From a virus (lineage: Duplodnaviria > Caudoviricetes), in the IMG/VR virus record IMGVR_UViG_3300042981_000082, positions 1 through 57,320 of that record: a stretch of DNA of 57,320 nt. The stretch is one strand, 5' to 3'. The position numbers and the translations under genes were made by a program. Below are positions 19,166-28,169 of the stretch, in pieces; the stretch's first letter is position 1, and each line of letters begins with the position of its first letter. The notes beneath the pieces were generated by a model, which was not told where the DNA came from, did not search any database, and saw only the letters and a program-made list of their open reading frames with translations.

Positions 19166-19359
19166 TGGCCGCCATCAAGGGCACGATGCGTGCCGTACGT
19201 AGCGCACGCTTGGTACGCGGCGTTAGCGCCGTTGGACGTGTGGGCATCTCACTTGTGGTCACGTGCGTTGTTGTTGCCGGTGCGGTTTGCGTGGTGCCAT
19301 CGCTAGGTAGCTCATTGCTGGGCATGTTCGCATCGATGGCGCGGATGTTCGGACTCTAG
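19165..19359 (+). CDS. Small membrane protein
   Basis: TAATG-coupled to the previous gene; hydrophobic segment. Confidence 0.45.
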   Translation: MAAIKGTMRAVRSARLVRGVSAVGRVGISLVVTCVVVAGAVCVVPSLGSSLLGMFASMARMFGL

Positions 19360-19455
19360 ACATCCCCCCGCTTGGGGGTATGGCGCGTACCACACGGTGC
19401 GTGCATCATGGATACAACGAGGACATGGTGTCCTCACGAAAGGAAGGTCAGGATC

Positions 19456-20244
19456 ATGGCCACTGCAACACTCAACAAGCCCGTCATCTCCGGCGACAAG
19501 GCACCGGCGCCCGTTTCGAAGAAGGCGTCCGCGAAGGCGGATGTCGAGGCCAAGCGCTCGGCGGAGGTCGCTGCGGAGGCGGCTGCCGCTGTGTCGGTTC
19601 AGTTCGCTGGACGCATGGCGAAGCTCTTCGACGACACCAAGAGCACGTTCGACCGCGCTCGCCTCAGCCACCAGGCCGTCGCCAAGGGTGCCTCGCTGAC
19701 CATCGTGGCCGATGAACTCTCGATGATCCGCGCTCGTGCCGCGTACCCCGAGGCCACCGAGATCGAGTTGGACTACTACGCGTCCAACGTCACGGGCAAG
19801 GGGGGCACGCAGATCAGCAAGGCGTCCCTGCACGCCTACGCCAGCGCCTGGGAGTCGATCTCCAAGGCGACCCTCGAGCACGACGTGGAGGTGGTGGGGC
19901 TGGCCTTCCGCCTGTACAGCAAGGGGGGCACGGCCTCCGGACGCAAGGAGTCCGAGGTGCGCTGCGCCGCGATGGAGGACAAGGCCGCTGCGCGTGCCGA
20001 GTACATCCGCGCTGCCCACCTGAACCTGCGCGGCGTCAACCCGTACGAGATCACCCCGAAGGTCGCGCCGAAGTCCGAGGACACCAGCGAGGACGAGGAG
20101 ACGGAGGAGGAGCCGCAGTCCAAGGGCTTCAGCCTGGCGCAGGTGCTCTCGACCATCGAGCAGGCCTCCCGGCAGACCTGGAACACCAAGGAGCGCGATC
20201 GTATCCTGGAGGCGTTCAGCGCATTCGTGGATGCCACTGCGTAG
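19456..20244 (+). CDS. Hypothetical protein (highly biased codon usage)
   Basis: 262 aa, RBS AAAGGAAGG, strong GC3 bias. Confidence 0.8.
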   Translation: MATATLNKPVISGDKAPAPVSKKASAKADVEAKRSAEVAAEAAAAVSVQFAGRMAKLFDDTKSTFDRARLSHQAVAKGASLTIVADELSMIRARAAYPEATEIELDYYASNVTGKGGTQISKASLHAYASAWESISKATLEHDVEVVGLAFRLYSKGGTASGRKESEVRCAAMEDKAAARAEYIRAAHLNLRGVNPYEITPKVAPKSEDTSEDEETEEEPQSKGFSLAQVLSTIEQASRQTWNTKERDRILEAFSAFVDATA

Positions 20245-20253
20245 TCCCCAGCC

Positions 20254-20349
20254 CCTGGTGGCGAGTCTTACACGGGTGAGGCTCGCCACCAGGCCCAATA
20301 CCGTCATGGCATGACGGCCTCCCAGCCGCTGACCCCCCTCGCGGCTGGG
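20254..20349 (+). other. Three consecutive stem-loops (terminator, processing site or structured RNA)
   Basis: cctggtggcgag/ctcgccaccagg (20254-20293); ccgtcatg/catgacgg (20301-20317); cccagccgc/gcggctggg (20321-20349). Confidence 0.6.
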
Positions 20350-20397
20350 CGGTCTCCACGCCACTACGGCGATCCCTAACCAGATAGGAGATCCACC

Positions 20398-20502
20398 ATG
20401 TCCACCCCTGCCCAACCGCAGGCTCCCCAGACCGTCGAGGAGCCGGAATACAAGAGCGAGGCCCAACTATGGGTCGAGGCCTGGCTGGAGCGCGTGTCAT
20501 GA
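20398..20502 (+). CDS. Small 34 aa hypothetical protein
   Basis: AGGAG RBS; MSTPAQPQ...WLERVS; ATGA overlap with the next gene. Confidence 0.6.
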   Translation: MSTPAQPQAPQTVEEPEYKSEAQLWVEAWLERVS

Positions 20503-20801
20503 CGCCGCGATTCCCCTCCAAGGCCCAGCAGCGTGCCTCCGCGCGTGCCGAACGCAACGAACAGTTGCTGGACGAGGTGACCACCGACACCAGCCGCGAG
20601 CGCATGGCGCCGCATCATTCCACGCCAGACGGCCACGAACACGAGATCGTGGTGCGCATCCGCATCCGGCCTCGCACAATCATCACGGTAGGCGTGGCTT
20701 TCGCCATCGGCGTGCTGTGTGGCATGAGCATGGAGGCACAGGCGATGCACGCTGGCATCCCTGCCGATACCGGGAGCACGTTCAGCACCCTGGACAGGTA
20801 G
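20499..20801 (+). CDS. Hypothetical membrane protein
   Basis: One TM segment IITVGVAFAIGVLCGM. Confidence 0.6.
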   Translation: MTPRFPSKAQQRASARAERNEQLLDEVTTDTSRERMAPHHSTPDGHEHEIVVRIRIRPRTIITVGVAFAIGVLCGMSMEAQAMHAGIPADTGSTFSTLDR

Positions 20802-20804
20802 GAG

Positions 20805-20842
20805 TTGACATCGTGCACCCACTGGGGATACGATGGTATCAA
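20805..20842 (+). promoter_or_regulatory. SigA-type promoter
   Basis: TTGACA-N18-TACGAT then GGTATCAA. Confidence 0.75.
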
Positions 20843-20858
20843 CGACGAAGGGGGCATC

Positions 20859-21131
20859 ATGCTTCAGGTAGTACTGGATCGGCGGCGATTGAAGGACGCC
20901 GACGCTTCGGCAGCACAGGCACAGGCGGAGGTGATCGATCACCCGCGAGAGCGCATCGTGATCGTTCGCCTGCCGCGCATTTCGGCAACAGCGTTCTGGG
21001 GAGCCATCCGTGCATCCAATCAGTGGGCGGATGCCCAGGCGCGCAAGATCAACGGCAAGGCGAGGCTCGTCTCGCACGCCGATACCAACCAGACAGCGCT
21101 CGGCGTGGTCATTCGCCGATACAGCTACTGA
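20859..21131 (+). CDS. Hypothetical protein
   Basis: ATG with GAAGGGGG RBS downstream of the promoter. Confidence 0.65.
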   Translation: MLQVVLDRRRLKDADASAAQAQAEVIDHPRERIVIVRLPRISATAFWGAIRASNQWADAQARKINGKARLVSHADTNQTALGVVIRRYSY

Positions 21132-21152
21132 ACGACGACAAGGAGAGCAATC

Positions 21153-22034
21153 ATGACGAACAACTGGAACATGGCCGAGCGGATGGCGCGGATCGCCTGG
21201 AGCACAATCGCGGAGCCCGGAGACCCGTACGTGGACTCCTGGTGCACGGAGGAGGGCGGATACAGCCAGGGCATCAAGGCGCTGGCCGAATACCAGGGGA
21301 AGGCCCATCATGTGCTGCGCTGGCAGGCCCAGATGGAGACCTCGCTGGTCCCGCGCGTGACCAGGCTGCTGGCCGAGCACCAGATCGGCACGCTCATCCC
21401 GGGCGATGTGTACTGGCCGCGTCGAATCGGCGATCTCGGGGGCAACGCGCCCTGGATCCTGTACTTCCGTGGCGCTCCCGAGATGCTGGACGAGGACAAG
21501 ATCGTGGCCGTCATTGGCGCTCGTGCCGCCACTGCGTACGGCGAACACGTGTCCAGGACCTGGAGCCAGGAATTCGCCCGGCAGAACGTGGCTGTCATCT
21601 CCGGCGGAGCCTACGGCATCGATGCGGCAGCCCATCGTGGTGCCCTCGACGAGCACGGAGCCACGATCTCCGTCATGGCTGGCGGACTGGATCGCCTCTA
21701 TCCATCCGGCAACCAGGATCTCCTAGGCACCGTGGCCTACGAGGGGCTGATGGTCAGCGAGATGCCGCCGGGATACGCGCCCACCAAGTCACGCTTCCTG
21801 GCGCGCAATCGCCTGATCGCAGCGCTGAGCGACGTGATGCTCGTGGTCGAGGCAGGTCACCGCAGCGGATCGCTGAATGCGGCGCATCATGCCATCGTCC
21901 TGGACCGCATGCTGTGTGCAGTTCCTGGACCGATCACCTCAGCCGCATCCGGCGGATCGAACGACCTGATCGCCGAGGGCGTGGCCAGGCTGGTCGCCAC
22001 CTCCGGCGATGTGATCAAACTGGGGGGCTGGTGA
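21153..22034 (+). CDS. dprA: DprA/Smf DNA-processing protein
   Basis: VAVIGARAATAYG, ISGGAYGIDAAAHRGAL, SEMPPG..P...RFLARNRLIAALS..VVEAG.RSGSL, AVPGPI. Confidence 0.95.
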   Translation: MTNNWNMAERMARIAWSTIAEPGDPYVDSWCTEEGGYSQGIKALAEYQGKAHHVLRWQAQMETSLVPRVTRLLAEHQIGTLIPGDVYWPRRIGDLGGNAPWILYFRGAPEMLDEDKIVAVIGARAATAYGEHVSRTWSQEFARQNVAVISGGAYGIDAAAHRGALDEHGATISVMAGGLDRLYPSGNQDLLGTVAYEGLMVSEMPPGYAPTKSRFLARNRLIAALSDVMLVVEAGHRSGSLNAAHHAIVLDRMLCAVPGPITSAASGGSNDLIAEGVARLVATSGDVIKLGGW

Positions 22035-22038
22035 GGGC

Positions 22039-22233
22039 ATGAATCCGCACGCCGCGATGGGATGGCTGGCGCTGTGCGGCCTGATAATCATGGCCGTGCT
22101 GCTGCTCATCCTCGCTACCGTGCCGCCACAGGAGGCCGGTACGCGCGTCAGGAATTCCATCTGGCTACCCAGTACCAGCCTGGCTGTTTCAGGCGCTCAG
22201 CTAGGCGCTGGTGGGCAGCCAGCCCATCGCTAG
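22039..22233 (+). CDS. Small membrane protein
   Basis: N-terminal hydrophobic helix. Confidence 0.4.
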   Translation: MNPHAAMGWLALCGLIIMAVLLLILATVPPQEAGTRVRNSIWLPSTSLAVSGAQLGAGGQPAHR

Positions 22234-22278
22234 ATCAAGGCATCACCCAACGCAACACCAATTGAACGGAGAATCATC

Positions 22279-22755
22279 ATGGATATGTCACCAGAGCAGT
22301 ACAAGAAGGTCCTCAAGATGGCCAAAACGGAGGGGCTGGGCGACATCGAGCAGTGGTCGATGTCGGAAGGCCTGGCACGCTACGTCGCATTCTCGCCGGG
22401 CCGAGTGATCCTTTATGCAGTCGATGGCGAAGGCAATGCCCTCATCCAGCGGGTCAATACGGACGGACCCTGGGAGTACCTCGATGGCGTTCAGTATCGC
22501 GTGGTCTATCGAGCCTGGCACAACGGCGCATGGCTGGACCTGGTTGCCGTCGATGGCTTCGACTCGCGCAACACCGCGATCAAGCACGCCCAGAACTTCG
22601 TGGGCAAAGGGCTGGCAATGGTCACCTGCCAGATCGGCTCGCGGATCATCAACGAACTCACGCCATACACGATCATCGACGACGCGAAGCTCGAAACGTA
22701 CAGCGCGCTGGCCGGGAGCAACGACCCGCTCGACACGGAGGTCATCGCTCTGTGA
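22279..22755 (+). CDS. Hypothetical protein
   Basis: 158 aa, GGAG RBS, phage-like codon usage. Confidence 0.75.
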   Translation: MDMSPEQYKKVLKMAKTEGLGDIEQWSMSEGLARYVAFSPGRVILYAVDGEGNALIQRVNTDGPWEYLDGVQYRVVYRAWHNGAWLDLVAVDGFDSRNTAIKHAQNFVGKGLAMVTCQIGSRIINELTPYTIIDDAKLETYSALAGSNDPLDTEVIAL

Positions 22756-22988
22756 GGATGCGCGGCACCAGGCTCGTGATCGAGGTGGACCTGGATGCTG
22801 CACGCATAGCCGGATACACCGTGGCGCAGGTGGTGGCGGAGGTCGCCGCCTCGCGCCCGGTGATCCATGGCCGACTGATCCATGACCAGCCGCGCACCCT
22901 GGAAACGGAGGAGGGGATTGCCCTGGCGCGCATCACCCTCCAGAACAAAGCCCACGCGCCGCAACAGGAAGGAAGGTTGAGCGCATGA
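22752..22988 (+). CDS. Hypothetical protein
   Basis: GTGA-coupled; (V)RMRGTRLVIEVDL... Confidence 0.6.
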   Translation: MRMRGTRLVIEVDLDAARIAGYTVAQVVAEVAASRPVIHGRLIHDQPRTLETEEGIALARITLQNKAHAPQQEGRLSA

Positions 22989-23350
22989 TCCTCAATCAGA
23001 ACTACAGCCAGGACACGTTCGTCCGAGTGCTGGATGAATGGCAGAAGGAGGCGTACGAGATCGAACAGAAGCTGACCGCGCTGATCTCCGACGTCAAGTA
23101 CGAGCCGGAGGAGGGCGAGCACACGCTCAACCAGGACCTCTCGGCAGCACGCATGACCGCCATTGCCAACCAGGTGGAACGCCTGGCCGAGGGGCTGCGA
23201 GCGCTGCGCTCCCATGCGCGCTACGTCCCAGGCGATCAGCCGCCTGCACCGATCACCGGAACCGTCTCCGTCCAGCAGCTGGGCGGCGATTGGCGAGCCA
23301 AGACGCACCTTCACCTGGTGCCTGACCCCGTAGAGGAACCACCATGCTGA
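22985..23350 (+). CDS. Hypothetical coiled-coil protein
   Basis: 121 aa, ATGA overlap. Confidence 0.7.
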   Translation: MILNQNYSQDTFVRVLDEWQKEAYEIEQKLTALISDVKYEPEEGEHTLNQDLSAARMTAIANQVERLAEGLRALRSHARYVPGDQPPAPITGTVSVQQLGGDWRAKTHLHLVPDPVEEPPC

Positions 23351-23487
23351 CCCCGCAAGAGATCAAGGCCAAGCGCGATCTCGATTCGACCGTGACACTC
23401 ATCGCCGACACCGAGTTGCCGTGGGAGGACCAGGACAAGCTGGTCGATACGGCGCTGCGGCTCTTCGACCGCGATTACTTCGCTTGA
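23344..23487 (+). CDS. Small 47 aa hypothetical protein
   Basis: GAGGA RBS; MLTPQEIKAKR...DYFA. Confidence 0.6.
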   Translation: MLTPQEIKAKRDLDSTVTLIADTELPWEDQDKLVDTALRLFDRDYFA

Positions 23488-23523
23488 CATCGCGCCATCG
23501 TTGGGTATAGATTCTACCCAACG
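23484..23523 (+). promoter_or_regulatory. SigA-type promoter with overlapping palindrome
   Basis: TTGACA-N18-TAGATT; cgttgggta/tacccaacg inverted repeat flanks the -10 box. Confidence 0.7.
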
Positions 23524-23558
23524 GTGACACATTCAACCCCGAACAAAGGAAAGAGATC

Positions 23559-24581
23559 ATGTCGCAAGAAACTTTGGCTTGGCTGCAGGAGAACACCCGC
23601 ATCGGCTTCACGGCCAAGCGCGGCGCAGCCTGGCATGCAGCACGCGGAGCCGATGGCGAGTACCGCAACCACTTCGAGGGACCTGTCCCGCTGGAGGAGG
23701 TCACCGGCCTGATGAGCTATGAGTTGGTCGAGGCGGAGATCACCGCGACCGCGCTCACCCAGGACGGCGTGATCAGCACCGTGGATCCCGACCGCAAGGC
23801 GATCATGCGTGCCGACAACGGCGTGCTGTTCGGCATCTTCAGCAAGCGTGGCTACCGCATTCACGAGCCGCAGAAGTGGTGCGTGGATACCGTCTCCAGC
23901 ATCCTGGACACCTCCTCCTCGGATCTGAACATCGGCTCCGCAGGCCTGCTCAAGCAGGGCGCGCAGGCCTTCGTTCAGTTCGAATTGGCGGACACTTTCG
24001 AGTCCATCGAGGGCGTGAAACACCGGCCATTTCTGACCGCGGCAACATCCCACGACGGTTCGCTGGCCACCACGTACATCACCGGCACGACGGTAGTCGT
24101 CTGCGACAACACGCTGAGCCTGGCTTTGTCCCGTGCGGAGGGCAAATTCAAGGTGCGTCACTCGACCAATAGCCTCAACAAGATCGGCGAGGTACGGGCC
24201 AGCCTGGACCTGGTTGTCGAGGAGGCAGGCGACGCCTTCGACGCCGAGGTGCGCGAACTCATGGCGCAGTCCGTAAGCCAGGACAAGTGGAAGCGCTTCG
24301 TCAAGGCCTACGTCAACCCCTCCGGCAAGGAATTGGAGGGTCGTGGCCTGACCATGGCCGAGACCAAAGAGGCAGCGCTGAACAGGCTCTGGAACTACGA
24401 CGAGCGCGTGGCTCCGTGGCGCGGGAACGCCTTCGGCGTGGTCTCGGCGGTGAACACCTACGTCCATCACGAGCAGAACGTGAAGGGCGTGGGACGTGTC
24501 GAGAGAAATATGTCCAGGATGATCCTGGGCGAATTCGACAAGATCGACTCGTCCACCCTCAAGCTCCTGGAGCGCGTGTAG
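23559..24581 (+). CDS. DUF932 (LGT_TIGR03299-like) domain protein
   Basis: SAGLLKQGAQAFVQ, FLTAATSHDGS, VVCDNTL, KVRHS, AFGVVSAVNTYVHH. Confidence 0.85.
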   Translation: MSQETLAWLQENTRIGFTAKRGAAWHAARGADGEYRNHFEGPVPLEEVTGLMSYELVEAEITATALTQDGVISTVDPDRKAIMRADNGVLFGIFSKRGYRIHEPQKWCVDTVSSILDTSSSDLNIGSAGLLKQGAQAFVQFELADTFESIEGVKHRPFLTAATSHDGSLATTYITGTTVVVCDNTLSLALSRAEGKFKVRHSTNSLNKIGEVRASLDLVVEEAGDAFDAEVRELMAQSVSQDKWKRFVKAYVNPSGKELEGRGLTMAETKEAALNRLWNYDERVAPWRGNAFGVVSAVNTYVHHEQNVKGVGRVERNMSRMILGEFDKIDSSTLKLLERV

Positions 24582-24590
24582 CTCCAGAAG

Positions 24591-24657
24591 CTGGATGCGC
24601 AGCGTCTGGAATCGGGCGCATCCAGGCAGGCCGGGGGACGACAGAGACTCCCCCGGC
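24591..24657 (+). other. Two tandem stem-loops
   Basis: ctggatgcgc/gcgcatccag and gccggggga/tcccccggc. Confidence 0.55.
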
Positions 24658-24691
24658 TTGCACCACCGACACACACGAAACGGAGAGCACC

Positions 24692-24991
24692 ATGGATCAG
24701 ACACAGGATCAGGAACAGGCAACATCGCTAGCCAAGTACTTCATCACCTTCGGGATGCAGTACAGCCACGAGGATCATCCGATCTTCGAGCGCGCACACC
24801 CGGATGGATACGTGGTTATCCTCGCGCCGGATCGGGAGACAGCCAGGCGGATGGCGTGGGGAGCGTTCGGAGATCGCTGGGCATTCGACTACGACGAGAA
24901 CAGCTTCAACGCATCGCTCCATCCCCTCGGCGAGATCGGACGGATCACCTGCGACATGGCGCTGTCCACCAGGCTGCGAGGTGAGGCATGA
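24692..24991 (+). CDS. Hypothetical protein
   Basis: GGAGAG RBS; YFITFG...HP.GYVVI.A...AR.....FG..WAF.Y pattern common in phages. Confidence 0.7.
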   Translation: MDQTQDQEQATSLAKYFITFGMQYSHEDHPIFERAHPDGYVVILAPDRETARRMAWGAFGDRWAFDYDENSFNASLHPLGEIGRITCDMALSTRLRGEA

Positions 24992-25323
24992 GCACCAGGC
25001 GCAAGATCGAGAAGTCCTACCGAGGCAAGGTCCTGGTGACCATCCCAAAGTTCGGCGTGGAGATGCCCTTCACTGGTGACCACTACGCGGATCAATGGGT
25101 GGCCGAGCGGAACCTCGGCCAGGTGGTCGAGCGTGCCAAGAGCTACGTGAAGAGCCTCAGCCGGGACATGGGATACAACACATTCCAGGCTCACGCCAAG
25201 GCGACCATCGAGTGCTATATCACAACGACCTACATCGAGCAGACCGAAACCAGCACGCTGCACAGCACGCATGACTGGTACGTGGATCGCTCGCAGATCG
25301 GGGAGGCGAGGTCACATGCCTGA
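24988..25323 (+). CDS. Hypothetical protein
   Basis: 111 aa, ATGA overlap. Confidence 0.65.
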   Translation: MSTRRKIEKSYRGKVLVTIPKFGVEMPFTGDHYADQWVAERNLGQVVERAKSYVKSLSRDMGYNTFQAHAKATIECYITTTYIEQTETSTLHSTHDWYVDRSQIGEARSHA

Positions 25324-25543
25324 TCCAATGCTCTACGGCGACGTGATGGGCGACGTCCGATGCGACCAGTGTCTGGACGGCGCGCGGGGATTCGAACCGT
25401 TCCCGCAGTGCGACCTCATCCAGCTGGGCGCGATCCTCGCCTCGTTCGGACGTGACCTGGAGTGCAAGTGCGGCGCCGTCAGGTACGACGCAGCAAGCCA
25501 GACGACCACCAGTACAGCCGGGACGGATACCAATGGAACGTAG
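25316..25543 (+). CDS. Small Cys-rich hypothetical protein
   Basis: CDQC...CKC, GGAGG RBS. Confidence 0.55.
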   Translation: MPDPMLYGDVMGDVRCDQCLDGARGFEPFPQCDLIQLGAILASFGRDLECKCGAVRYDAASQTTTSTAGTDTNGT

Positions 25544-25832
25544 GAACTACCACTGGCAGGCCGTGGTCAAGAAGCTGCGGCGCAGGCCGGGCAAGTGGTC
25601 CCTGGAATTCCAGAACGTTCCCGAGCGCAGCGTTCGTCTGGTGCGGCTCAAGCGCCACCCGGCATTGCGCTTCGAGGACGGCTACCTGCAAGCCCAGATG
25701 ACCGAGAGCTATCTCGACGACGAGGGAACGCGACGCGGCAGCCTGTGGGTCAGGCTCGTGTTGTACCAAGATCAACCCACCGATACCATTGGAGAGAGTC
25801 ATGCTCAGGAAGATCAACGCATGGATGAATGA
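25533..25832 (+). CDS. Hypothetical basic protein
   Basis: MERRNYHWQAVVKKLRRRPGKW... Confidence 0.6.
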   Translation: MERRNYHWQAVVKKLRRRPGKWSLEFQNVPERSVRLVRLKRHPALRFEDGYLQAQMTESYLDDEGTRRGSLWVRLVLYQDQPTDTIGESHAQEDQRMDE

Positions 25833-25911
25833 CGATCCGCGCAACGCGGCCAGCGCCATCGCCGTGACGTTCGCCATCCTCCTGATCGTGCTGGCTCTGT
25901 CCACCACCTGA
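25801..25911 (+). CDS. Small 36 aa membrane protein
   Basis: GGAGAG RBS; single TM segment. Confidence 0.5.
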   Translation: MLRKINAWMNDDPRNAASAIAVTFAILLIVLALSTT

Positions 25912-25922
25912 AAGGAAAGCCC

Positions 25923-26225
25923 ATGCTTCGAATGAAGATCCGTGTGACCGACGACGAGAAGACGATCATCTCCCGGTACGCGCACGAACAGTACACCGAG
26001 ATGTCCTCGATCATCCGATCGAAGGTCAACGCCTACGGGAAGAAGGGCCTCAAGGGGATCGCGCTGCCCAAGGTGCTCTCCTCGGTGAGCGCATCGCGTC
26101 GCAATCGTCAGCTGTCCTTCGTCATTCCACCCGAGCAGTGGGATCTTGCGCTGGAGAGATCCCGTGCGGACGGCGTGCCGTTGGCGACCATCATCCGTAG
26201 CTCGCTGCTGGAGGATGCCAGGTGA
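25923..26225 (+). CDS. Tandem ribbon-helix-helix DNA-binding protein
   Basis: Two RHH-like units: MKIRVTDDEK...MSSIIRSKV and LSFVIPPEQW...LATIIRSSL. Confidence 0.65.
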   Translation: MLRMKIRVTDDEKTIISRYAHEQYTEMSSIIRSKVNAYGKKGLKGIALPKVLSSVSASRRNRQLSFVIPPEQWDLALERSRADGVPLATIIRSSLLEDAR

Positions 26226-26869
26226 GTGAGCCGTACTACGTCGATGAGTACGTGACACTCTTCCTGGGCCGGATGCAGGACAACGACCAGTGGCTGGACG
26301 CCGACGTGCTGATCACCGACCCGCCATACGGGATGCGCTACGTCAGCAACTCCTCCAAGGTCTCCCCGACAGACCCGATCATCGGCGACCAGGACACCAC
26401 CCAGCGCGACATTGCGCTGGCCATGTGGGGCGATAAGAAGGCGGCGCTGGTGTTCGGGACCTGGCGTGCAGATCGTCCGCGAGGCACGCGCCAGTTGCTG
26501 GTCTGGCACAAGGGGGACTCGCCGGGGATGGGCGACCTCACCCTGCCGTGGGGACCCAGCCACGAGGAGATCTACGTGCTGGGCGGACGCGGTGGAGTCG
26601 GCTTCACCGGCAAGCGAGGGCCATCCGTGATCCGCTCCCGGGTGAAGGAAGGCAGCGCGCCCAAGGATCACGATCACCCGACGCCCAAGCCGATCTACCT
26701 GATGCAGACGTTGATCGCCAAGACCACCGGGACCATCGCCGATCCGTTCGCAGGATCGGGAGCAACAGCCGTGGCAGCCAAGATGCTGCGGCGCAAGTGC
26801 ATTGCCGTGGAGTTGGACCGCGGCTATTGCGACACAATCGTCCAGCGACTGGAGCGTATAGAACGATGA
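26222..26869 (+). CDS. Orphan amino-DNA methyltransferase (m6A/m4C, beta class)
   Basis: Catalytic DPPY precedes HPTPKP and the SAM motif DPFAGSG. Confidence 0.9.
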   Translation: MSEPYYVDEYVTLFLGRMQDNDQWLDADVLITDPPYGMRYVSNSSKVSPTDPIIGDQDTTQRDIALAMWGDKKAALVFGTWRADRPRGTRQLLVWHKGDSPGMGDLTLPWGPSHEEIYVLGGRGGVGFTGKRGPSVIRSRVKEGSAPKDHDHPTPKPIYLMQTLIAKTTGTIADPFAGSGATAVAAKMLRRKCIAVELDRGYCDTIVQRLERIER

Positions 26870-27369
26870 GCGAGACAGGACAGCCCGATTCCGGGAAGGA
26901 CTGGGCCGAGAATGAGACATCCCAGACCGCAAATGAGACATCGAATGACCCAGATGGGACAACCGAGGCACCATTGCCGGAGCCTGTGTTCCGGCTTCTG
27001 ATCGCAGCCAGCGCGTCATGGGACAATCACGCGGCCATCGGCAGGGCGCTGGAGAACTGGTGGGAGGCCAACGGCAGGCGCTTCGGAACAATGGTGATCG
27101 GCGACACACCGATGGGCGGAGAGCCGATGGCGATGCAGGTCTGGGGCCAGGTGGGGCTGCCGGTGGAGATGCATCACGCCGACCGCGTGTCGATGGAGGC
27201 ACGGGATCGGGGGATGATCGCCTCCGGGATCGACGTGGCAATGGTGTTCATCGTGGATGAATCACCCGGTGCAACCCGTGTCCGAGACCTGGCGATTGCA
27301 GCCGGAATCCCGGTGATCGAGTACCACGTGACGCACCACAAGCCCAAGCGCCCATGGGACTCGCAATGA
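26866..27369 (+). CDS. SLOG-family (DUF2493/YspA-like) protein
   Basis: RLLIAASASW...VIGDTPMGGE.MA...RDRGMI...VFI..ESPGAT....AIAAGIPV. Confidence 0.7.
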   Translation: MSETGQPDSGKDWAENETSQTANETSNDPDGTTEAPLPEPVFRLLIAASASWDNHAAIGRALENWWEANGRRFGTMVIGDTPMGGEPMAMQVWGQVGLPVEMHHADRVSMEARDRGMIASGIDVAMVFIVDESPGATRVRDLAIAAGIPVIEYHVTHHKPKRPWDSQ

Positions 27370-27404
27370 GCGGATAGCCAGGGCTATGCTCTGAGCACGA
27401 CGAA

Positions 27405-27431
27405 GCCCCGGCTACCGAAGTAGACCGGGGC
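27405..27431. terminator. Stem-loop
   Basis: gccccgg-ctac/gtag-a-ccggggc. Confidence 0.5.
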
Positions 27432-27488
27432 ATCGTTCAAGCGTTGGTTTGCCGCCGCGCTTTTCCTTCCAACTAGAAAGGTTCAATC

Positions 27489-28169
27489 GTGAGTATACCC
27501 ACACCGTCAGATAGCTCGCAATCTAGAGACACACCATCTCGTGGTGACAGTGACGCCTCGCCACTAGATGTTGTAGTCCGTGCGCTATCCAAGCTCGACG
27601 ATGCGCAACGCAGACTGGTTAATGAGCAGGCCAATGTCACTGCGGCGCGCGATGTTGTCGAGGCTGAATTACTAAAGCTCGGCAAATACGTCGAGTATCA
27701 CGACATGCCTACGCCGATTGATCTGGTTCGAGAGATCTATTGGCATCAACCAACTGTCAGAGTCAAGGCGATATCCGATTCGTTCCCGACAACCTGGTCG
27801 TACCAGAGCCTTGTTTCCAGGGATATGGGAGAAGGCTCTCGACAGCGAAAGTGTGTCGTATGCGATGCGTTATTTGAGTATCCAGTTTCTGTACGATCCT
27901 GGAGCGGAAGCAAGCCGATCACCTGTTCGCGGGAGTGCAGTGTTGCCTACAACCTGGATGCCGAAGAGAAGGACAGGATGCGACGTGAACGAGAGGCTTG
28001 GGAATTCCGCTCTGCGATCGCCAATGGCAACTATGTGATTAGCAAACAGACAACATCCATTGGTGGAAAAGAAATTGTCTATGAGTATGCAATCATCCTG
28101 ACAACAACTGGTGCTGGATATTCCTATTCGCCCGACGACTTCGAGAAGGAGTTTGGGCATCTGGCATGA
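27489..28169 (+). CDS. Hypothetical protein with CxxC..CxxxC motif, atypically low GC
   Basis: CVVC...TCSREC; many A/T-ending codons. Confidence 0.65.
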   Translation: MSIPTPSDSSQSRDTPSRGDSDASPLDVVVRALSKLDDAQRRLVNEQANVTAARDVVEAELLKLGKYVEYHDMPTPIDLVREIYWHQPTVRVKAISDSFPTTWSYQSLVSRDMGEGSRQRKCVVCDALFEYPVSVRSWSGSKPITCSRECSVAYNLDAEEKDRMRREREAWEFRSAIANGNYVISKQTTSIGGKEIVYEYAIILTTTGAGYSYSPDDFEKEFGHLA

